Source: Halothiobacillaceae bacterium | GTDB lineage: Bacteria; Pseudomonadota; Gammaproteobacteria; Halothiobacillales; Halothiobacillaceae | Direction of reading: 5' to 3' | Assembly (NCBI GenBank): GCA_016938615.1 | Contig: JAFGUH010000115.1 | Location: forward strand, 1,593 to 65,592 | Length of the DNA stretch: 64,000 nt | Shown here: piece after piece, positions 26,552-34,768 of the stretch | Position numbering within the stretch: position 1 is the stretch's first letter | How the letters are laid out: the number at the start of each line of letters is the position of its first letter | Position numbers and translations under genes: made by a program | The notes under the pieces: generated by a model | Seen by the model: the letters and a program-made list of their open reading frames with translations, nothing else | Told to the model about the DNA's origin: nothing | Databases searched by the model: none

Positions 26552-28695
26552 GCCGTGTCGTCCAGCTCGATCGGCAACTCGCGCACCGGCTTGCCGGTCA
26601 GGCCGGCCAGCGCGTTGGCCACGGCCGGGGCGATCGGCGGCAAGCCGGGCTCGCCCACGCCGCCCGGCGCGTTACCGGTATCGACGATCGACACGTCTAC
26701 CGTCGGCATCTGATCCATGCGCAGCGCCTGGTAGTCATTGAAGTTCTGCTGCTGGACGCGGCCGTTCTTGATCGAGATGCGACCGAACAGCGCCGCGGTC
26801 AGCCCGTAGGCGATCGCCGAATGCACCTGGCGCTCCACCCCGGCCGGGTTGACCGCGATGCCGCAGTCGATCGCGGCCCAGACGCGATGGACACGCGGCA
26901 TGCCATTCTCGATCGAGACCTCTGCGACCTGGGCGCAGTAGCTGCCGAAGGACTTGGCCACCGCCACGCCACGGGCGCGGCCCTCGGGCACCTCGCCGCC
27001 CCAGTCGGCCATCTCGGCGGCGCGGTCGAGCACGCCGCGTTCGCGCGCATCCGCCTTCAAGAGGCGGCGGCGGTACTCGACCGGATCGGCGCCTGCCTTC
27101 CGTGCCAGCTCGTCGAGGAACGACTCGACCACGAAGGCGTTCTGCGAGTGGCCCACCGAGCGCCAGAAGCCGACCGGGATACCCGGATCGACCCGGGCGT
27201 AGGAAACATCGATGTGCTCGATCTGGTAGGGGTGATCGGCTGCCCCTTCGACCGCGGCCGGGTCGATGCCGTCCTTGACCATGCCCGGCGCAACCCGCGA
27301 CCAGATCGACGGGCCGGCGATGCGATGCACCCAGGCCCGCGGCAGGCCGTCATCGCCGAGCGTCGCGGCGAGCTCGTTGTAGGCCGCCGGGCGATAGAAG
27401 TCGTGCTGGACGTCGTCCGGGCGGGACCAGATCACCTGCACGGGGCGTCCGACCTGCTTGGAGAGCTCGACCGCCTCGCGGACGAAGTCGGTCTCGAAGC
27501 GACGGCCGAATCCACCGCCGAGAAAGGTGGTATGCACGACCACCTTGTCCTTGGAGACCCCGGCGACCTCGGCGGCCGCCTGTTGCACCGAGCCCTGCGC
27601 CTGGGTGGGCACCCAGACCGTGACGCCGCCATCATGCACCGATGCGGTGGCGTTCATCGGCTCCATGGTGGTGTGAGCGAGATAGGGCAGTCGGTAGGTC
27701 GCCCTCACGGTATTCTCGCCCTCGCCCAGCGCCTCGGCGCCACGGCCCTCGCGACGGGCCGGCTTGCCGCCGGATGCCACGCCGTCGCGAAACTGCGCCT
27801 CGATGGCGGCATCGTCGAGATCCGCCAGGTCGCCCTCGTCCCACTCGATCGACAGCAGGCCGCGGGCCTGGTCGGCACTCCACCAGTCGCGCGCGAGCAC
27901 GGCCACGCCGCGTTCCATCTCGATCACGTCGACCACGTTGGCCGCCTGCCTCGCCTTGGCGGCATCCACCGATTTCAAGGTGCCGCCGAATACCGGGCAG
28001 CGCGCGATACTCGCCTTGAGCACGTTCTCCGGCCGCGCATCGATACCGAAATCGGCCTGACCTGTGGTCTTTTGCGGCGAGTCCAGCCGCTTGGTGGGCT
28101 TGCCGATCAGGCGGAACTGGTCGGGCGACTTGGTGAACACCTCCTCGGGCGGCTCGAGGCCGGCGGCGTCCGCGACCAGATCGCGGTACTCGGCCTGACG
28201 CCCCGATGCGGTGTGGACGACCACGCCCGGCTCGGTGCGCAGTTCGCTTACCGGCACGCCCCAGCGATTGGCCGCCGCGCGCACGAGCAGTTCGCGGGCG
28301 CTGGCACCCACCTCGCGCAGCTGGGTGTAAAACCCGCGCACGGTGGCACTGCCGCCGGTGACCTGACCACCGAGGGCCGGGTTGGCGTAGACCGGATCGG
28401 CCGGGGCAAAACGGGTGTCGAAGTCCGCCCAGGGCAGGTCGAGCTCCTCGGCGATCATCATCGGGATCACGGTCATCGCGCCCTGACCCATCTCCGAACC
28501 GGAGATGGTCAGGACGTTGCGGCCATTGGCGTGCATCTCGATCCAGGCGTTGGGTTCGAACACGTCCGCCCCGTCACCGGAGGCAGCACCGCCCGCGGCG
28601 GCGCGGGCGGTTTCGGGTGCACCGAAACGAAAACCGATCAGCAGGCCACCACCGACGGCGGCGGACACCTTCAGGAACTGTCTGCGCGTGGTCAT
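26548..28695 (-). CDS. Molybdopterin-binding subunit of a xanthine-dehydrogenase-family oxidoreductase (IorB/aldehyde-oxidase type)
   Basis: 715 aa. Twin-arginine signal [22 protein letters not shown]. Pipelines usually name this architecture isoquinoline 1-oxidoreductase beta subunit. The substrate cannot be inferred. Confidence 0.85.
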   Translation of the reverse strand: MTTRRQFLKVSAAVGGGLLIGFRFGAPETARAAAGGAASGDGADVFEPNAWIEMHANGRNVLTISGSEMGQGAMTVIPMMIAEELDLPWADFDTRFAPADPVYANPALGGQVTGGSATVRGFYTQLREVGASARELLVRAAANRWGVPVSELRTEPGVVVHTASGRQAEYRDLVADAAGLEPPEEVFTKSPDQFRLIGKPTKRLDSPQKTTGQADFGIDARPENVLKASIARCPVFGGTLKSVDAAKARQAANVVDVIEMERGVAVLARDWWSADQARGLLSIEWDEGDLADLDDAAIEAQFRDGVASGGKPARREGRGAEALGEGENTVRATYRLPYLAHTTMEPMNATASVHDGGVTVWVPTQAQGSVQQAAAEVAGVSKDKVVVHTTFLGGGFGRRFETDFVREAVELSKQVGRPVQVIWSRPDDVQHDFYRPAAYNELAATLGDDGLPRAWVHRIAGPSIWSRVAPGMVKDGIDPAAVEGAADHPYQIEHIDVSYARVDPGIPVGFWRSVGHSQNAFVVESFLDELARKAGADPVEYRRRLLKADARERGVLDRAAEMADWGGEVPEGRARGVAVAKSFGSYCAQVAEVSIENGMPRVHRVWAAIDCGIAVNPAGVERQVHSAIAYGLTAALFGRISIKNGRVQQQNFNDYQALRMDQMPTVDVSIVDTGNAPGGVGEPGLPPIAPAVANALAGLTGKPVRELPIELDDTA

Positions 28696-29177
28696 GCCGA
28701 CACCTCCTCGCCATCACGGCCAACCGTGTTCACCGCCGCGGCGTGTTTGATCGCCGCGCGTATCTGGTTGTAGGTGCCGCAGCGGCAGATATTGCCCTGC
28801 ATGGCGCGATCGATGTCGGCATCGGAAGGATCGGGGGTATCTGCCAGCAACGCGGCGGCCTGCATGATCTGGCCGGACTGGCAGTAGCCGCACTGCGGCG
28901 CGTCCTCGGCGACCCAGGCGAGTTGCACGGGGTGGTCCCCGGCCGAGGAGAGCCCCTCGATGGTGGTCACGTCCTTGCCGTCGACCGAGGCAACGGGCGT
29001 GACGCAGGAGCGGGCAGCCTTGCCGTCGACATGCACGGTGCAGGCGCCGCAAAGGCCGGCGCCACAGCCGAACTTGGTGCCGGTCAGACCGACGTAGTCA
29101 CGAATGGCCCAGAGCAGGGGCATGTCGTCGGCGACCTCGAGGGTCATCGGCCGACCATTGAGGGTGAGTGTTGCCAC
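28692..29177 (-). CDS. (2Fe-2S)-binding small subunit of the Mo-hydroxylase (IorA type)
   Basis: GTG at 29177 lies 6 nt after AAGGAGG (preferred over ATG 29204). Cluster motifs [12 protein letters not shown] and [10 protein letters not shown]...CRCGTY. Confidence 0.85.
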   Translation of the reverse strand: MATLTLNGRPMTLEVADDMPLLWAIRDYVGLTGTKFGCGAGLCGACTVHVDGKAARSCVTPVASVDGKDVTTIEGLSSAGDHPVQLAWVAEDAPQCGYCQSGQIMQAAALLADTPDPSDADIDRAMQGNICRCGTYNQIRAAIKHAAAVNTVGRDGEEVSA

Positions 29178-29210
29178 GGCGGACCTCCTTGATGGGATGC
29201 GCATCGGACA

Positions 29211-29246
29211 GCACCCCGTCGATGGGGTGCCAGGTCGATGGGGTGC
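29211..29246. promoter_or_regulatory. Palindrome plus direct repeat upstream of the Mo-hydroxylase operon
   Basis: GTCGATGGGGTGC occurs twice (29218-29230 and 29234-29246, 16-bp period). The first copy completes the palindrome GCACCCC-GTCGAT-GGGGTGC. Lies 35-70 nt upstream of the GTG start at 29177. Confidence 0.3.
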
Positions 29247-29322
29247 TTGAGAGAGCCAAGGAGACTAGACCCTGATCATCAGGCCGCAATATGTTTTGCC
29301 AAACCGAACGCGGCAGGCGAGA

Positions 29323-30021
29323 TCAGAGACGGTCGGTGATTCGCCCGTCGACGATGCGCAACGTACGGTCCATGCGGGCGGCGAGGCTCAGATCGTGCGT
29401 GACCAGCACGACGGCACTCCCCATGGTGCGGTTGAGCTCGAGCATCGCCTCGATGGCAGCCTCCGAGCTCTGCGTGTCGAGATTGCCGGTGGGCTCGTCG
29501 GCGAGCACCACGTCGGGCTGGGCGACCAAGGCGCGGGCGATCGCGACCCGCTGGCGCTCGCCGCCGGAAAGCTCGCCCGGCCGGTGATCGAGTCGGTGGC
29601 CGAGGCCGACGCGCTCGAGCAGGATCCGAGCCTCGTCCTCGGCCTGTCGCCGCTCGACCCGCCGAATGATCAGCGGCATCGCGACGTTGATCAGCGCCGA
29701 GAATTCTGGCAACAGGTGATGTGCCTGGTAGACGAAACCGAGGTGGCGGTTGCGCAGCAAGCCACGCTGGCGCTCGCCGAGGGCGGAGAAGCGCTGCCCG
29801 GCGAGCCACACCTCGCCGTCGCTGGGTTGATCGAGACCGGCGAGCAACGACAGCAGGCTCGATTTGCCAGCCCCGGAGGCACCGACGATCGCCATGCGTT
29901 CGCCCGCGCTGATGGTCAGATCGATGCCGCGCAGCACCTCGACGTTGAGATCGCCTTCACGGAAGGTGCGAGTCAATCCGCGCGCCTCGAGGACGGCGCG
30001 CTCGGTCGACGAATCATTCAT
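29323..30021 (-). CDS. lolD: Lipoprotein-releasing system ATP-binding protein LolD
   Basis: 232 aa. Walker [12 protein letters not shown], signature [15 protein letters not shown], LolD-type region [23 protein letters not shown]. 8-bp overlap with the upstream permease gene. Confidence 0.9.
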   Translation of the reverse strand: MNDSSTERAVLEARGLTRTFREGDLNVEVLRGIDLTISAGERMAIVGASGAGKSSLLSLLAGLDQPSDGEVWLAGQRFSALGERQRGLLRNRHLGFVYQAHHLLPEFSALINVAMPLIIRRVERRQAEDEARILLERVGLGHRLDHRPGELSGGERQRVAIARALVAQPDVVLADEPTGNLDTQSSEAAIEAMLELNRTMGSAVVLVTHDLSLAARMDRTLRIVDGRITDRL

Positions 30022-31261
30022 AACGCAGGGCCTGGGCCGGTTGGACGCGGGAGGCCCGCCACGCCGGGTAGAGCGTGGCGAGAAACGACAGGGCGAAGGC
30101 CATCAGGCCGATCAGACCGACGTCGCTCCAGTCGAGCCGCGAGGGAACCTCGCTGATGTAATAGACGTCGGCGGGCATGAACTGGGTCCCGACGACGCTC
30201 TCGATCCACGGCACGATCACGTCGATGTTCTCGGCGATCGACACACCGACGCCCACGCCCACCAGGGTGCCGATCAACCCGATCACCACCCCGGTGATGA
30301 TGAAGATCGTCATGATCGAGGCGGGGCTCGCCCCTAGTGTGCGTAGGATGGCGATGTCGCCCTGCTTGTCGGTGACCAGCATCACCAGCGTCGAGACGAT
30401 GTTGAATGCCGCCACCGCGACGATCAACGACAGGATGACAAACATCACCGTGCGCTCGATCTGAATGGCTCGGAAAAAATTGGAGTTCGAATGCGTCCAG
30501 TCCCGGGCGACGTAGGCCGAACCGAGGCGCTCGTCGATGTCGCGTGCCATGGCGGGGGCCGAGAAGATGTCGTCGAGCGTCAGGCGCACTCCGCTGACAG
30601 CCCCACCAGTGCGAAACAGCGCCTGGGCGTCCTCAAGATGGATCATGGCGGTACCGCGATCGTACTCGTACATACCGACTTCGAAGATACCCACCACCGT
30701 GAATCGCCGCTGGCGCAACATCCCGCCCACCGGGGTCACGGCGACGTCGGCACTGATCAGCATCAGCTTGTCCCCCACCCCGACGCCCAACGAGCGAGCC
30801 AGAGCCGAGCCCAGGACGATGCCGAACCCACCCGGCGACAGGTCCTCCAGCTCGCCCTGCTGCATGTGACTGCCGATGTCGGTGACCGGCTTTTCGAGCT
30901 CTGGACGAATGCCGCGGATGATCGCCCCCGACACCGCCGAACCGGCCGAGAGCATGCCTTCGGACTGCACATAGGGGGCAGCCGCGCGCACCGCGGGGAC
31001 CTCGTCGACCTGCTCGACCACCGTCGGCCAGTCCTCGAGCCGACCGCCCGCCTGACTGATAGTGACGTGCGCCGTCATGCCCAGGATCCGCTCGCGCAGC
31101 TCGTCCTGAAAGCCGTTCATGACCGAAATCACGACGATGAGCGCGGTCACACCGAGGGTAATCCCGATGATCGAGGTAGCCGAGATAAACGACACGAAAC
31201 GATTGCGTCGTTTCGCCCGCGTGTATCGCAGCCCGATCATCCATTCGAATGTTCGACTCAT
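30014..31261 (-). CDS. lolC: Lipoprotein-releasing system permease (LolC/LolE/LolF type)
   Basis: Started at [38 protein letters not shown], the canonical LolC/E N-terminus. MacB-like periplasmic domain and C-terminal FtsX helices. Confidence 0.85.
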   Translation of the reverse strand: MSRTFEWMIGLRYTRAKRRNRFVSFISATSIIGITLGVTALIVVISVMNGFQDELRERILGMTAHVTISQAGGRLEDWPTVVEQVDEVPAVRAAAPYVQSEGMLSAGSAVSGAIIRGIRPELEKPVTDIGSHMQQGELEDLSPGGFGIVLGSALARSLGVGVGDKLMLISADVAVTPVGGMLRQRRFTVVGIFEVGMYEYDRGTAMIHLEDAQALFRTGGAVSGVRLTLDDIFSAPAMARDIDERLGSAYVARDWTHSNSNFFRAIQIERTVMFVILSLIVAVAAFNIVSTLVMLVTDKQGDIAILRTLGASPASIMTIFIITGVVIGLIGTLVGVGVGVSIAENIDVIVPWIESVVGTQFMPADVYYISEVPSRLDWSDVGLIGLMAFALSFLATLYPAWRASRVQPAQALRYE

Positions 31262-31534
31262 CCGGCCCTCTCGTGTGATCTCGAAACATGGATCAGCGCA
31301 GTCTAATATGCTTGGGCACCGGCTGTCCCGTCGCCGTCCGAAGCGGGTCGACGCGCTTGCAGCATGGCGCGGCGTGACGCAGACTAGCGGAAATTCCCGT
31401 CGCTGCGAGCCGATCCGGCTCCCGCAACGGGAGGCAGCGCCCGGAATGTCGCGGCCGGACAACACCAGCTGCGAGAACAGCACCGGGACACCATCAGGGA
31501 ACGAGCCATCCGACCAAGGAGCGAGGAGCTAGCC

Positions 31535-31855
31535 ATGAACCCGTCGAGCCATCCTAACCGCCTGCTGGCGAGCGCCGCCTTCGCTCTCGCCGCCTGCCTC
31601 TTTGCAGCCGCGCAGGTCAATGCGCAGGCCGGCACGCAAGACACCAGCGCGACGGCCGCCGCCGTGCACGGCCTGTCCCAGAGCCAGGTCATCGCACGTT
31701 ATGGCGAGCCGCTGAAACGCCATGCCGCGGTCCCCGCCCAGGGTGAGCCACCCAAGCCGCCGATCATCCGCTGGGACTACGCCGATTTCAGCATCTACTT
31801 CGAGAAATCGATCGCGCTGCACCGCGTCGAGCACGGGAAATTTCCGCCTCAGTGA
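31535..31855 (+). CDS. Hypothetical small exported protein
   Basis: 106 aa. AAGGAGCGAGGAG upstream. Signal peptide ...ASAAFALAACLFAAAQVNAQA. I recognise no family. Confidence 0.55.
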   Translation: MNPSSHPNRLLASAAFALAACLFAAAQVNAQAGTQDTSATAAAVHGLSQSQVIARYGEPLKRHAAVPAQGEPPKPPIIRWDYADFSIYFEKSIALHRVEHGKFPPQ

Positions 31856-31860
31856 CTACA

Positions 31861-32115
31861 CTAGGGAAACACTGCAGGGATCGATAGTACCGCTGCGGGA
31901 CCGCCAAAGGTCCAGATGCAAGGCACGGTGTGCGGTGAATGGCCGTTGCCATTGGCACACGCGACAACGCGGTCGATGGGCCCTTGGCGGCACGCCCGGA
32001 CGGGGCCGAGTTATTGCCCTGGGCCCGTCGTTGAGCCGGCGCCAGAAAAGCGAACGAACCCGCAAGCCAAGCCCGCGAGCCAGAGGCACCGTCGACTCGT
32101 ACAGCGTCTCCCTAG
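31861..32115. mobile_element. Copy A (255 bp, full length) of a CTAG-bounded inverted-repeat element (MITE/Correia-like)
   Basis: Termini CTAGGGAAACACTGCAGGGATCGATAGTACC... and ...GGCACCGTCGACTCGTACAGCGTCTCCCTAG are imperfect inverted repeats of ~30-35 nt. Shares the modules GGGCCCTTGGCGGC and GGCGCCAGAAAAGCGAAC with 44879-45235. No ORF with coding character. Confidence 0.7.
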
Positions 32116-32159
32116 TTTCGGCAAATCCAATCTCCCGTAGTCAAGCAGAGGACCGAGCG

Positions 32160-32375
32160 ATGAAAGCGAATATCGGCATGATCGACAAATGGTTGCGTAT
32201 CGTCGTGGGCGTAGTGCTGATCGCCCTGGCACTGTTCGGGGTGATCGGCTGGTGGGGCTACATTGGCATCGTGCCGTTGGCCACGGCGCTGTTCAACTTC
32301 TGCCCTGCCTACCGTCTCATCGGCATCAATTCCATCGGTAGCGGCAAGGGGAAGTCGGACGGCAGCTCCAACTGA
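32160..32375 (+). CDS. DUF2892/YgaP-like small inner-membrane protein
   Basis: 71 aa from an internal ATG of ORF 31722..32375: MKANIGMIDKWLRIVVGVVLIALALFGVIGWWGYIGIVPLATALFNFCPAYRLIG, the two-helix pattern with the FCPAY motif seen in DUF2892. Confidence 0.6.
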   Translation: MKANIGMIDKWLRIVVGVVLIALALFGVIGWWGYIGIVPLATALFNFCPAYRLIGINSIGSGKGKSDGSSN

Positions 32376-32533
32376 TCGCTCCGACCGGTCCTAGTCGCCT
32401 TCCGGGTCGGGCCGGGCGTGGGGAACCCTCGCCGCTTTGAACGGACCAACCGTGACCCCGCCATGCGTCCGCATGGCTCCGACGCGGCGGGGCATCGTTT
32501 GTCCACGCGAGACACCACGACGACGCACGCCCC

Positions 32534-33577
32534 ATGTCCCTCCCCGCCTCTTCCCGTCCATTCCGCGCCCTTTGGCTCGCCGCCGCGCTCTACCTGACCG
32601 CGGTGCCGGCCAGTGCCGTGCCAGCGGACGGCGAGGCCCGCTTGCCGGAACAAGTCGACGAAGCCTCCGGGCTGAGCTACTCGAGCGGCGAGGCCTGGCT
32701 CTGGACCCATAACGACAACATCAACGACCCGGGCTCGATGCGCCGGGTCACACCGTTCGTCTACGCCATCTCCGCGGACGGGACGGAACGCCTGCGAGTC
32801 GAACTCGTCGGCATGACCCAGCGTGACTGGGAAGCGATCGACAACACCCGCCTGGACGGCGAGGACATGCTGGTCATCGCGGACAGCGGCGACAATCGCG
32901 ACAGCTGGCCGGACTATGTGCTGTGGTTCGTCCCCGAACCACAGCCGGCGGGCGAGCTTGCCGAAATCAAGGCCGCACCGACCGCCGCGTTGCGCTTCCG
33001 CTATCCCGACGGACCGGCGGACACCGAGGCGATGGTGATCGACGCTGCCGGTCGACAAGCGCTGTTGTTGACCAAGCGGGAATCTCCACCGCGCATGTTC
33101 GCCCTGCCGCTGGCCGACCGCGAGCTGTTCGACGCGCGCAGTGGGAAGAGCGACCGTCGGCGATTGCAGAAGCTGCCCGTCCACGAGGCACAGCCACTCG
33201 GTGCGCTGGGCGGGCTGGTTCCGACCGACCCGATCAATTGGCTACTCTCGTCATTCACCGGCGGCGAGGCCAACCTGCCGACCGGCATGGCTCTGTCGAG
33301 GGACGGACGGCTGCTGGCGGTACTGACCTATTCCTCGCTCTACTTCTACCGACGCAACCCCGGTGATTCGTGGGCGGAGGCGATCCGGCAGCCGGTGGCG
33401 ACCCGCTCGTTACCGCACATCGACCAGTGGGAGGGTCTTGCCTTGTCCGCGGACGGCCGGTACGTGAGCATCGTCCGCGAAGGCATCGGAGACGGCACCC
33501 TGATTCACCTGAAGACGCCCGGCGGCACGCAGGCCTCGCCCGGCTCGCGACCAGACGCGACACGGGGGCAAGATTGA
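32534..33577 (+). CDS. Hypothetical secreted protein, probable beta-propeller (YjiK/SdiA-regulated or phytase-like fold)
   Basis: 347 aa. Signal peptide ...LYLTAVPASAVPA. Recurrent blade-like motifs VDEASGLSY, DWEAID, DTEAMVID, PTGMALSRDG, QWEGLALSADG. Family assignment is by motif resemblance only. Confidence 0.55.
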   Translation: MSLPASSRPFRALWLAAALYLTAVPASAVPADGEARLPEQVDEASGLSYSSGEAWLWTHNDNINDPGSMRRVTPFVYAISADGTERLRVELVGMTQRDWEAIDNTRLDGEDMLVIADSGDNRDSWPDYVLWFVPEPQPAGELAEIKAAPTAALRFRYPDGPADTEAMVIDAAGRQALLLTKRESPPRMFALPLADRELFDARSGKSDRRRLQKLPVHEAQPLGALGGLVPTDPINWLLSSFTGGEANLPTGMALSRDGRLLAVLTYSSLYFYRRNPGDSWAEAIRQPVATRSLPHIDQWEGLALSADGRYVSIVREGIGDGTLIHLKTPGGTQASPGSRPDATRGQD

Positions 33578-33672
33578 CGGCCGACACCCGGCAGGCACGC
33601 CATACCGATCGTCTCCGCGGGCCTTCGGTGGCATGGCTTTGGTGGCATGGCATTCGCGTGGAGGTTCCATAC

Positions 33673-33951
33673 ATGACAGAGACCATCCGACGGCACCTGC
33701 ATGTCAGCGGACGGGTGCAGGGCGTGTTCTTCCGCGACTTCACCCGCCAGCAGGCCGAGGCGCTGGGCGTGGCCGGCTGGGTGCGCAATCTCGACGACGG
33801 CCGGGTCGAAGCGGTCCTCGAGGGCGACGCGGACGCGGTATCGACTCTGCTGGAGAAGCTGCGCGACGGCCCCAGGCACGCGCGGGTGACCGACCTCGCG
33901 GTACGCGAGGAACCGGTCGAGGGACTGACGGGCTTTGCCGTGACCGGCTGA
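33673..33951 (+). CDS. acyP: Acylphosphatase
   Basis: 92 aa after GGAGG. Signature HVSGRVQGVFFRDFT...GWVRNLDDGRVE. Confidence 0.85.
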   Translation: MTETIRRHLHVSGRVQGVFFRDFTRQQAEALGVAGWVRNLDDGRVEAVLEGDADAVSTLLEKLRDGPRHARVTDLAVREEPVEGLTGFAVTG

Positions 33952-33963
33952 GAGCTGCGCTGA

Positions 33964-34659
33964 TCAGCCGGCGAGACGCGCCCCGGCGAGCAGCAGCTGG
34001 TAGACGCCGAACGCCACCACCATGCCGCCAGCGACCCGACGCACCCAGGGCCGGCGCACGAACGCTGACAACTGCCCGGCGAACGCACCCATCGCCAGCA
34101 GGTTCGGCAAGGTCCCCAGGCCAAAGCCGAGCATCAGCAGCGCCCCCTGCAATGGCCCGCCCGCAGACAGCGCCCAGATCAGCACGCTGTAGACGAGCCC
34201 GCAGGGCAGCCAGCCCCAGACCAGCCCCAGCCCGAAGGCCTGACCGGGCGATCTCACCGGCATCAATCGCCGGCCGACCGGCTCGATAAAGCGCCACAAC
34301 CGCGAGCCGAACCGCTCGATCCGCGTCAGGCCAAACCACCAGCCGCCGACGTACAGGCCCATCATCACCATGAACAGCCCGGCGATGCCCAGCAGCACCA
34401 GCTGGGCCTGCTGCATCGGCACCAACGACAGCCCCAGCAATCCGACCGTCCCGGCAATGGCCCCGGCGACGGTGTAGGACGTGATCCGGGCAAGGTTGTA
34501 GGCCAATAAGTAGGGAAACAGCCGACCGAAACGTTCGCGCGTCTCGGCCGGCAGGCCGAAGGTCAGCGCGCCCACGATCCCGCCGCACATGCCGACGCAG
34601 TGCACGCCGCCGAAAAACCCGACGGCCAGGGCGGCGAAGAAACTGACGTTTTCCGGCAT
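33964..34659 (-). CDS. DsbD_2/UreH-like transmembrane protein (often annotated as sulfite exporter TauE/SafE family)
   Basis: Started at MPENVSFFAALAVGFFGGVHCVGMCGGIV. Six-TM layout with a second Cys motif GWLPCGLVY, as in the DsbD_2 family. Confidence 0.65.
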   Translation of the reverse strand: MPENVSFFAALAVGFFGGVHCVGMCGGIVGALTFGLPAETRERFGRLFPYLLAYNLARITSYTVAGAIAGTVGLLGLSLVPMQQAQLVLLGIAGLFMVMMGLYVGGWWFGLTRIERFGSRLWRFIEPVGRRLMPVRSPGQAFGLGLVWGWLPCGLVYSVLIWALSAGGPLQGALLMLGFGLGTLPNLLAMGAFAGQLSAFVRRPWVRRVAGGMVVAFGVYQLLLAGARLAG

Positions 34660-34768
34660 GAAGCAACCTCTGCGTGAGTGCATGTGCGGCGCAGACCATC
34701 GAGCGACCAACCGTCTATATCCCGATTCGGGACGAATCCAGCCCATGCCATCTCGTACAATGGGTCGG

